Source of the DNA: Moniliella sp. 'wahieum'
Lineage: Eukaryota
Assembly: GCA_003971905.1 (NCBI GenBank)
Contig: RSEE01000068.1
Coordinates: 1-64,000, forward strand
DNA length: 64,000 nucleotides
Direction: 5' to 3'
The translations under genes and the position numbers were made by a program. Within the stretch, counting starts at the first letter, position 1. Each line of letters opens with the position of its first letter. Of the stretch, positions 40,580 to 50,372 are shown in pieces. The notes under the pieces were generated by a model. That model saw nothing but the letters and a program-made list of their open reading frames with translations, did no database searches and was not told the DNA's origin.

Positions 40580-40618
40580 ACGCGTCCCAGTGGGCGTCAC
40601 GCGTCACGCGTCACGCGT
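40580..40618. promoter_or_regulatory. Four MCB-like ACGCGT elements 80-120 bp upstream of the POL1 ATG
   Basis: ACGCGT at 40580, 40599, 40606 and 40613. MCB boxes are the established MBF G1/S elements of yeast replication genes. Confidence 0.65.
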
Positions 40619-40917
40619 TCGGGTTCCGCCAGCCCCTCGCGGTGTCACCCACTGCCGCATCTCACCCTTCAGAAGCAGGACGCGACGCGGCCCTCAGGGC
40701 ACTGCGCCAGTCTCCTCCCACCACCAGCGGCATTCGGATCAGCCCGCGCGGTTTGTTTCAAATTGCAGATGCCGCGTCGGGCGTCGGAGGCGCTGCATCA
40801 TGCAAGTCCCACGATGGATTCTCATTGATGTGCCTCACCAGCTCCCACAGCTCCAGCCGCCCCCCCAAGACCGTATAGAACACACACACAGATGCTAGAA
40901 ACAGTGGTTGTGCAGTG

Positions 40918-42043
40918 CTACAGAATCGAGTCCAGAAAGTCCTCGGCATCTTCCACTTGATAGGGCCATCGTGTGTGGGAGCCGCGCCGGTCTTGGCCGC
41001 CGCCGCCGCCGCGCGCGCGAAGAGCCAATTGTGCGCTTGTCGATCCCCCCATGCACCGTGGCTCCCGTCACTTGCCCGCCCCCCACGAGGAGCGGAGAGG
41101 TCGAGGGTGCGGCTTGCGTCGTTCGCTCCCCGAGGCTGCGCCCGGTAAAGCGTGCCTTCAAACCTGCGTTTGCGTCAGCACTTCTACGACCCGTCGCGTC
41201 CAAGTCCGTACCGCCTTTCCTGGACCAGGACCGCTCAACATGCCCCCATCCTACAGGAGCAAGACGTACTGCGCAAATGCTCGGCATGTTGTTTTTCTCA
41301 ATCTCAGCGAGGAGGGCTAGTTCCTTGTCCATTTCCTCCTTGTCAACGCTTTGGGTGTCGGCCGAACCTCGTTCTCGCTGCGCACTTTCTTGCCCTGGGC
41401 TTGGGCGCGCGCTTGGGCACGCGCCGTCAAATAGTCCAAATCGTGATCAATGTCCTCTTCGATCCGGCGCCGACGGCGTTCCTCCTCTTCAGGATCCCGC
41501 TGAGTCTGGGCCTGGCACGGTCGCGGGCAAGGAGGCCATCAAAGGGCGCCCTTGGAAGTCCAGCTGCTTGACCTTTTCCATTAGCTCCGTCAGGTCTGCT
41601 TCGGGTTCCACCTCCTCCTCTTCGGCCAATCTAGGATCCTTGGGGGCCAAGTCGGCTTGCATCTGTGCAAAGCGCCACGCATTGGACTGCAGCGGTCGTC
41701 GTGCATACCGTTTGTTCGCTTGCGCCTCCGACTCCTCCTCTTCCTTCTGTTTCGTCTGCTCGGACTGGGAGGGGTGCTGCGCAGCCACCTGGAGCGTAGG
41801 GAACTCGCTGTCCTTCTTGGCGGCTTGATCTGCCTCCTCTGCATCCTCCTCATCCTCCTCATCCTCCTCCGCCTCCGCTTCGGACCCCTCGTTCCTCCCG
41901 CCCGGGAAAGCCGGAGGTGCCAGCGCGCCCGCCTCCACGTCCGCGTCCGCGTCCTCGCCACGTCCACGCGCCTTGGGCTCCATCCCATGCGCCGCACGGT
42001 ACCGCGCCGAAGCACGGGCCTTGTACTTGTCCTGCAACACCAT
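40918..42043 (-). CDS. Hypothetical acidic protein (MVLQDKYKARAS...KRYARRPLQSNAWRF...DAEDFLDSIL)
   Basis: Protein-like ORF pieces joined by frameshifts, with a clean ATG and stop; function not recognised. Confidence 0.65.
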
Positions 42044-42706
42044 CCTCGCCACCAACCGAGTGGGCACGAACTAAGGACGCCCCGCCTCTCTGCTCTCAGA
42101 ATCTCACCAGTACCTGTTGCATCGTCACCAACAAGACCGAGCAGAGCGGAATCTCATTTAGGAGGCGGGGGAGCATGGGCGCGGCGGGCAGTTTGAACGT
42201 TCAATATTACATCCAATCGATCCAATCCTGTTGAAGTTCAACTTTCACGTTTCAATTTTCGACGTAACGATCGACGTTGTCATTCGCAGCTGGGTGCGAC
42301 ACCAGTGTCGGAGTGCCAGAGTGTCTCCGCCACGGGTATATAACGCCTAAGGCCTAAGGGGTACCCCCATCCATTCACACACGGAATGCACGCCTACTAT
42401 CTTATCTGCACAGCAGTCGCCATCAACTCATCGAAGCCGGCCTGGTGCGGCGCATCAACGGAACAAACGCAAGTACTAGTCATTACAATGGGACCAAGCG
42501 TCAAGCTTCAAGGCTGTGGTCCTCAATCGTCGCGAGCAAAAAAAACGGGAGGGTATGAGCGGGCACCGCGGCACAGCCGTAGCATCTCGGTGGGGATCAC
42601 AAAGGTGCATGGGAGGGGGGGAGAGAGGTGGGCAGGAAGGAAGTGAAAAGAAGGACATGGTAGTTCATGCAGCAGGCGTTCAAGGTGCATACCTCACAGA
42701 GGAGGA

Positions 42707-44525
42707 TTACATCACGGTGCAATTGGCTTCCCCTTCGGTGTGAGCGCGCTTGCGGCCCGGTACGCCGAGTCGCACGGACTTGGATGGTTGTGGAGCCTGC
42801 GGGGCAGGTGCGAGGAGCGGCGCTCGATCATTGGCGAGCTAGGCGTAGGTGGGGTGGAATCGACGGGGCTGCGAGGGACCTTCGGTTCTTCCTCCAGGAT
42901 CGGTACGACAGGCAGACGGCGTTCGAGCTGAAGGGGTGCAGCGGGGGCCTCCTTGACCACCGGCTGGGCACGCGCTTGAAGCCGAGGGGTAGTACGGTTG
43001 GAGGGGGGCGAAGAGGCAAGTGCGGCGCGGATCGCACCGAAGCCGGCCATCGGGGTCGGCGTACGAGCATCTTCCGTCGGGCTCACTTCCCTCCACATCG
43101 GGGGTGGCCGTGTGACGCATGCTCCGCAAGGCACTCAGGCTTGCTTGCACGCTCATGTCCGGCTGCTTGAGGTCGGCGCCGGGAAGAGGAGCTGTGCTAC
43201 CAGCGGTCAAGGTTGCGCTGCGGGCACGCGTATCGGTGCCGGAGCTGGCGGGAGCTGGGAGAGTTGTAGGACGAGGAACGTGCTGCTCGCCCTTGATACC
43301 AGGGGTGGGGGGTACGGAACGGGCTTCACTCGTCCAGCTTGTGCCCATGCTCAAGCCCGAAGTACTACTTACTTGGGAGGCCGTCGAGGCGAGAGAGCCT
43401 TGATGATGCACGGTCCTCAACGAGCGCTCCTTGGGGGGCGTACGGGGCGAGCTGCGGCCCAACCCAAGGAACGAACGCTTCTTGTCGGTCAACTTGTGCC
43501 CCGAAGCAACGCCAAACGCCTTGCCCCCCGTGGTACGAGACTCGATCTGGTTGAGGGCGAGCTTACGCGCCAGGCTGACGTCCTGGTAGCGTGCCAAGTA
43601 TTCCTGTGCCGAGGGAAATTCCAATGCGGCGACAAGAACGGGATCGTCAATGCCCAGGCGGTGACCCTCGGCTTGACGCCGTTCAAACTCGGCTTGCACC
43701 GGGTCAAACAGGTCCTTGTCCCCCAGACGCGGCATGCACCCGGTCCAATCTTCCGGGTCCTTGGGCGTAGGTGGCACTTCTTCGCCCGAGTAGCCCACCA
43801 AGAATTGGCTCGGGTTTGCATTGACCAGCTGCGCAATCCGGCCTTGGTACCGCGCCTTGGGCACCCACTGCCATTTCTTCCAGCATCTTGTCCAGAACTG
43901 CCAGCGCCACATCACGGGGGTAAGTGGGATCCGTGAGGATCACCCCGCATAGCTCATCCTCCTCTGGCCGGCCAGAGGAGAGCCAGAAAATCGGTGGATT
44001 CGAACTGGACTTGGTCGTTCGGCGCAGTCTCCTCTGCCAAGTCCTGTGGGTACAACGGAATGCATCCTATGGTTAACTCTGTTTTCTGGATCGACAAAAG
44101 CCAACGCAAGAGAAGGACGTACCTTGGCATCAGACGCCATTTGGTCTTGCATCTGCTGCCTCCGTAGCCAGCTGAAAGGGCTCAAATCCCATGCCGCCAG
44201 AAGTGGGATGCGGTGCGTGCTCTTGTCCTGGGTAAAGATGATGGCTCCGTCTGGAAAACGAATGGATCGACGGTCAGGACTTCGTCTCTTCATCCGCACC
44301 ATCCAAAAGAAAGGGGTGCGGGAGGAGGAGGGGGGGCTAACGTACATAAGTGCCTGCATAGACGGGGTCCAAGCGGAAGCAGAGAGAAGAGTCTCTGGGG
44401 TCATCACCACGCCTCCCAAGAGCAGAAACGGGAGGAAAGGGAGCGTACATGGCGAGTGGTGGTCAGAAGCGGGGTGGATGGGGGATGTGGCGAAGACAGG
44501 TAACAGAGATGATCTGGATGAACAT
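42707..44525 (-). CDS. Ykt6-like longin-domain protein with terminal CaaX (CTVM) and no recognisable R-SNARE motif
   Basis: AAWDLSPFSWLRRQQM, AGVILTDPTYPRDVALAVLDKMLEEM and QEYLARYQD resemble Ykt6 longin motifs in order; ends EANCTVM-TAA. Intron 44067-44122; the model needs frameshift corrections. Confidence 0.65.
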
Positions 44526-46397
44526 GTTGCTCAGAGTGTGGTGGCTGTAAGAAACCGACGGGTGTGAAGCCGGAGGAAGAGAGTGCTTCAAGCTTAGAAA
44601 GGGCGAGGAAGGAAGGAAGGCCGAGAGGTGGGAAAGAAGGAAAGAGAGGAACGTGTTGCGGTTGCCCAGCGTGTGGTGCGTCAGCATCTTGTAGCAGCTA
44701 CGAGTAAAACCCCATACCAGGCCGGATCGGCTGCTCCTATAGGAGCGGGTGTACCGCTCTTCATCTTGCCGGTTAGGGCCACTGCCAGCGCAACCACCAA
44801 AGTGTCCAGTGGCTAGTGGCAAAAGAAGCCTGAAAATCACTTGGGCCCCTCACTCCGCCCAAGGCGAATGGGCACTGTGCAACCTCGAACCAGATTGGAC
44901 ACTGGCGGGATGCGGCATCTCCCGGCCGGGGCATGAGGTGCAAGAGGGCCTGGGATCTGAGACCAGAGGGCGTGGCCGGGCTCAGGAGCAGGGCCAGTGT
45001 CCACACTGGAGGCGCCCCCGCACCGCTCCGATGCGGAGGACGCGGAAGAAGCCGGCAAGCACCCGGTACGCCTTGCGACGCCCTCGGGGGTCGTGTCAGC
45101 ATGTCAGATCGTGTCACTGTCACTTGCCCAGCCACTGTGACATGTGACATGCGACTAGTGACAAGGCACTATTAGTCACTGTCCTGCAGACGAAGCTTCA
45201 AGTCGATGAAGTAGCGCCACCGGCGGTAGTAGTGGGCCTTGGGCCGTTTTGCCTTGGTCCGCGCTTAGCGGTTCCCGGGTACCAGTTGGACGAGTGACGC
45301 GCATTGACGAGTTACGCGTTACGAGTGACTAGTTGCTAGTTGCTAGCTACTGGTTAGGCCGTAGGGTGAAGCGCTACACCCACACGCCAAGGTCTGCCAG
45401 GGTGCCGGATACATTGGGTGGCTCGGGGAGGGGCAGAGGGGCAGTGTGTTACACCCCGGCGGGTGGGAGCGGCAAGCCGCAAGCCACCAACTGGCGCTGC
45501 TGGCTTGTCGCATGTCGTGGCGCACGCTGGCAACAGACGCATGTTGCGGCTCCCGCCGGCGGTGTGCCCTGGCACACCCTGGTGCCGAAGGGTCTGAAGG
45601 GTCCCGGACCCAAAGCTAGCATGGCGTCGCGTGGGACGCAGCACTGAGTACTGACGCCGGCGGCGACGGCGGAATGGAGAAGTTGCAAGCTGCAATTGCA
45701 AGCTGCAACAGGGAGATAATCAATGGTCGATGATGTTGATGATGCATGATGCATGATGGTTGGAAGAGGCAGACGGTATTCAGTTGAAGCGCTGCGCAAA
45801 AATAGTATCGGCGTCCAGCTTCCAGTCGCCCCAGTCGCCTCCAAACCAGGGCCCAGTTCCGACCACCCCCTGGCGTTGGCAGTGGGCAGCTGGGGAGCAG
45901 CACTTCTGAAAAATGTGTATTGTTGTCGGCTCAGCCTGAGCGGCTCAGCGCGCGGCCAGCAGAAACGGCTCCTCTTTTTCCCCATGGCCCACACGTCTCG
46001 CGGCTATTATCCCTGTGACTTTGCATGCTCTCGCTGTACTTCAAGCTCTTCAATGCGCGTGAACTTCAAGCTTCCTTCGCTCATATCTTAGCGCTTCGTA
46101 GCTCTTCCCTCTCCTGAGGCCTGAAGCCTTTTCCGACAGATCCGCCATCTTCACACGCCATCGCCATCGTCCTGCCAGCAGCACGAAACATGGCCACACT
46201 AAAGCGCAGGTCCAAGATTCTCAGGCCTCAACGGTTGATCGAGGCCTCATCGGCTACAGCAACTGCCAGCATGCGCCAAACACACCCTACCATGTGTATA
46301 CATGTCACACCACGATCCCACGATCTATCCTCGATGGCCGCCCTTGGTCGCCTCTCCAAGCGCCAAGCTCCGCAAGACTCTACCATTTGGGCCGGAC

Positions 46398-47797
46398 TGT
46401 TGGCCTAGGGAGCCGGACGGGCAGAAGGATGAGGAGAAGGTGATGGATTGGAGCCAGAGTTGGGTCTGGGTACAGAGGCATCTATATAGGAGGCTGGACT
46501 AGGCACAGGGACAGTGAGTCACACAGGAGAGAGTGCAGGGCACAGGGACAGTGACACGCAGGGACGTCAGCGTGGAAGCCGATGGAACCGAGGCGAACCT
46601 GGTCTACCGACTGGGAGCCAGAGGATCACAGTCAACACCCCCGCTGGCCAGGGAACCCGGAGACATCGGTTGTGGGATGAGCTCCTGCCAGTGGATGTAG
46701 AGAGGGGAGGACTTGAGTGGCAACCGGGACGAATGGCCTGGAGTTGTGCATGGCCACACGACTGGCCTACACCCCCGCTGTCCAGGATGACACCTGAACG
46801 AGCCGAGCGCTTGTGGTTGGTGTATTGTGCGACCGCCAGATGCTTGTAGAAGTCTTAGAAGTAAAAGTAGTAGGGGTTGCGCCCCGAAGCGATTTGGTGG
46901 GCAAAAGTAAAAAGCACCAGTTATAGGTGTAGTGAGAAGAAAATTGGAAACTTGGAGTAAATGCGGTCCAAGGTCGTTTGGCATCAAAATTGGATGCGTT
47001 TGGTAGTTGTTTGGTTCCGCATGCCTGGTGCCAGTGGGGTCCATTGGGCATGGGAAATGAACGGGCGCTATGCGTCAACCGTCTTGATCTGTTTGGGTTC
47101 TCTTTGTTGTTGAAAAAGAGGAGTGGAAGAAGTTGGGTGACCACCCCCCCCATCCTTTCCCAGGTGCCCCGGATGAATTGGCAATCCGGGGCGTGTAGCC
47201 GTGGGTGGGGCACTTGATGAGCAGCCACCCCCGCTTCTGCGATTCGCCTGCGCCGTTTTGTCGTTGGAGGAATTTCGTCTCGTTGACGATACCCGACACG
47301 TTTTGTTCCGTCGTGTGTTGTCCCTAAAAATCATTGCCCCATCTGTGGGGGACGAGTGTGCCGATTGTGGCGGTAGTATGCCGATTGTGGCGGTAGTATG
47401 CCGATTGTGGCGGTAAGGTGCCGATTGTGGCGGGTGGTGTTGTTGGGCGGGAGGACGGGTGTGTCTTGTGGGCTTGGCGGCTTAGCTTGGGCTTGTAGGC
47501 TTGGGGGTGGGCTTGCTTGAAGAGCGCTCCCCTTCCGGGGGGATCAGATTGTAGCTCTGTTGGCCTAGGGAGCCGGACGGGCAGAAGGATGAGGAGAAGG
47601 TGATGGATTGGAGCCAGAGTTGGGTCTGGGTACAGAGGCATCTATATAGGAGGCTGGACTAGGCACAGGGACAGTGAGTCACACAGGAGAGAGTGCAGGG
47701 CACAGGGACAGTGACACGCAGGGACGTCAGCGTGGAAGCCGATGGAACCGAGGCGAACCTGGTCTACCGACTGGGAGCCAGAGGATCACAGTCAACA
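46398..47797 (-). mobile_element. Non-autonomous LTR retroelement (TRIM-like, 1400 bp) with two identical 240-bp LTRs
   Basis: LTRs at 46398-46637 and 47558-47797 are identical by eye, with TGTTG...CAACA ends and an internal TATATAG. A G-rich PPT-like GCGGGGG abuts the left LTR on the minus strand. The 920-bp interior shows no RT/IN; no TSD. Confidence 0.9.
47359..47433. repeat. 20-bp tandem repeat (TGCCGATTGTGGCGGTAGTA) x~3.7 inside the LTR element
   Basis: Directly visible. Confidence 0.9.
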
Positions 47798-48294
47798 TTC
47801 ACATGTCACACCAACTTATCCCACCGCACCTGTTACGCAGTCCGGGATCAGTATCGTAGATCACATGTCACATGTCACAGGGCCTTCCCTCTGGCGTTCT
47901 GTAGTTAGCCCAAGCTTGCTTGTGACATGGATCACTCTCGCGCAGTGTCACAAGCGATATGGTTAGAGTTAGTAGTTACTCAAGTACTCAAGCTTCAAGC
48001 TTTAAGAGCCTCAAGCTTCAAGCTTCAAGCTTCAACATCTTGGGTGCTCTCAGACTGAGCACTGCTCAGCCAAAGTGAGCGCAGCTGAGCTGACTGAGTT
48101 ACTGAGCTAGTAACTCGTACGCAGTACTCAAGTACTCAACGTCGGCGCGTCAACGTATCAACCGAGTTCCCAACAGAGCTTTGTGGTTAACGACATTAAT
48201 AAAGGGAAGTGCTGAGGCCCAGTGCAAGTGTGCAAAGTCCCAGCTGACGGTCTGGAAAACTAGCTTTGACGCCCAAGGTGCGTGAGTGTGCAAA

Positions 48295-48389
48295 GGCAAT
48301 GTGCCCGAGCGGTTAAGGGGATTGATTCGAATACGCTTCGAACTATCAATTAGGCTTCGCCTGCACAGGTTCGAGTCCTGTCATTGTCT
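48295..48389 (+). tRNA. tRNA-Ser(CGA) with a 13-nt intron
   Basis: Acceptor stem GGCAATG/CATTGTC, D-arm GCCCGAGCGGTTAAGGGG, anticodon stem ATTGA/TCAAT with CGA at 48328-48330, intron 48332-48344, long variable arm AGGC-TTC-GCCT, T-arm GGTTCGAGTCC, then an oligo-T terminator. Confidence 0.93.
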
Positions 48390-49302
48390 TTTTTTGCCTC
48401 GAAATGGCAGCGTGGAAAGAAAGCCACGAAGACAGCGAGTTGGATTGAGGTGATTGTATGGTGCACAGAGAGGCGGGTCGGCGAAAGGGAATGTTATTAG
48501 GGCCTTTACGGCCGGCGGAGGACCGGTGAACTTGGGCCTTGTTGAGTTGAACTTCAGTCAACGTTGAACGCCAAAACGTATATAATAGACTTCAACGTAA
48601 GAGTGGACTGGGCTGAATCGAGTCACCAGCGATGGAGGAACTACATTTTACGCTCAGCGGAGTGAGTCACTGAGCCCCACGATTGAACTCGCTCACGGTA
48701 TGCGTTTTTTCGTCAAAAGGGATAAAATGATCTCTGTGAGGGTAGCGCGCTATGCGCACATCCTGAAACTGAGTGCAGGTTCCGTAAAGCTCTCAGATGC
48801 AAGCGCACGAAACGCGTTTGACGTACATGGGAAATTCTTTTCGCTCTCTATTTGGTAGCTATTTGGTATGGTGTGTGCGGGTGGGCGCGGCCCGAGAAGA
48901 GGGAGGAAGGAGAGAGGAGCAGGGCCAGGGTCAGAAAGGAGAAGCATGGGCGGGATGGACATGCGTATACTTGGCACGGGGAACATCAGAACTTCTATAG
49001 GGAAAGAAATGGGGGAGGCACTTGGGGTCTGGTCAAGTGCTAAGAAAGGGATGAAGAAAGAGGTGAGCACCGAGTACTGGTAAGTGAAGAGTAGGGTAGC
49101 ACAAACGTTGGCAAATGGACATATGTGTCAAGGCAGGAGGCAAAAAGGGTCATGGGAAGGTATGGTGGTAAACGTAGATGTGAAAGACGGTAAGGCGGGA
49201 AATGGGACGGCAAGGAAGAAGGTGCGGGAGAGATGGGAGCGTGGTGGTGTGGTGGTGGCGAGGGACAGGGGGGAGGGGGTATATGACGGGAGGGCGAGGA
49301 GG

Positions 49303-50372
49303 TCAAAGGCCAGTCTCGCATGATCCCATAGTTGGTCGGGAGTAAAGGGGACGTATGACTGGTTCCGTCAGAGAGGGAGAGGACTCTTCACTGGACAGTT
49401 CGTGGCACAAGATCGAACGGGCGCGTACCGTCGGGCCGAGGGCAGCGGCGAGAAAGCAGGTTCCCGCCCCATCGTCCGTGGAGGGTGGGAGAACGTGGCT
49501 CCCCGTGCCCTGGACGGGGGGGAGGGGCGGAAGCGGGATTTGAGGCGGCGGTGTGGCGGCCAGGTGGGGGTGGTAGGTCATTGAAAGAGCAAATCCGTCA
49601 AACCGTGACGAGGTGAGGTGGTTATGCGGGACGAGGAGCGGGGAGAGCGGGGAATAGAACGAGCTTGCCTCCGCCACCTCAGGAAGGGGCGGTAGAGCCG
49701 GAGCCGAGCCGACGGTTCGTGCCGTGGACGGCCGCCCTCCAACATCTCTGTTGGCATGGACAGGCCCCTGGCCCTCCCCTCGTGCGGTGGATGGGGGAGA
49801 CAGCTGCCCCGGCTCTCCTCGCGCAGAGGAATACAACTGGGCCATGCTCTCCTCCAGGGAACGGAGGGCAGATTGGGTGCGCTCACTGGGCCGCAACTGG
49901 GGGGAGGAGGCAAGCTGAAGCAGGCCGAGGGTGGTATCGCTCAGAGGAAGGAAGGTGCGCTGGCGCGGGGTCTGGCTGGCTGCGTCTTCGGGGGCCAGTT
50001 CACTGTGCCCGTCGTCGTCGTCTTTAGGCAAGAGGGGCAGGGCATGAAGAGACAAGATGGGAGAGGGTGGTTGGGCACCACCGTGCCGGGCGGCACGATG
50101 GACTGAGAAGGCGGGAAGAGGCGGCAGAGGAATGTTGGGTGGCCCGCCAGGGAGCGGAGCGGGGGGAGGTGGGGCAGGGTCGGGCGGACGCTGGGTGGGG
50201 TGAGAGATGGATGCGCTGCGGCGGTGGGGGGTGGGGGTGGGCGTGGCAAGGGGCATGGTGGGCTGCTGTGGGCAGGCAGGGACGAGGGGCGTGTGGTGTG
50301 GGTGTGGCTGCGGCGGCGCTTGACCTGGGCGACAAACTCGCGGCGGCGGCGCAAGAGCAGGTCGGCGTCCAT
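49303..50372 (-). CDS. Hypothetical Pro/Ser-rich protein (MDADLLLRRRREFVAQVKRRRS...)
   Basis: Long ORF 49303-50532 with protein-like stretches (SELAPEDAASQ, ALRSLEESMAQLY); no domain recognised; ends uncertain. Confidence 0.45.

Noticed and set aside
42839..42841. TAG readthrough to reach the CTVM CaaX (same frame as ORF 42839-43915)
   Set aside because: The alternative frame across 42840-43130 looks more protein-like; two compensating indel errors are the simpler explanation in this assembly.
46755..46795. VILDSGG as a retroelement protease active site
   Set aside because: It coincides with the duplicated PPT-like DNA motif and has no supporting flanking protein similarity, so it is probably coincidental.
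47359..47433. 20-bp direct repeats as a CRISPR array
   Set aside because: No spacers, eukaryotic context and no cas genes; it is a minisatellite.
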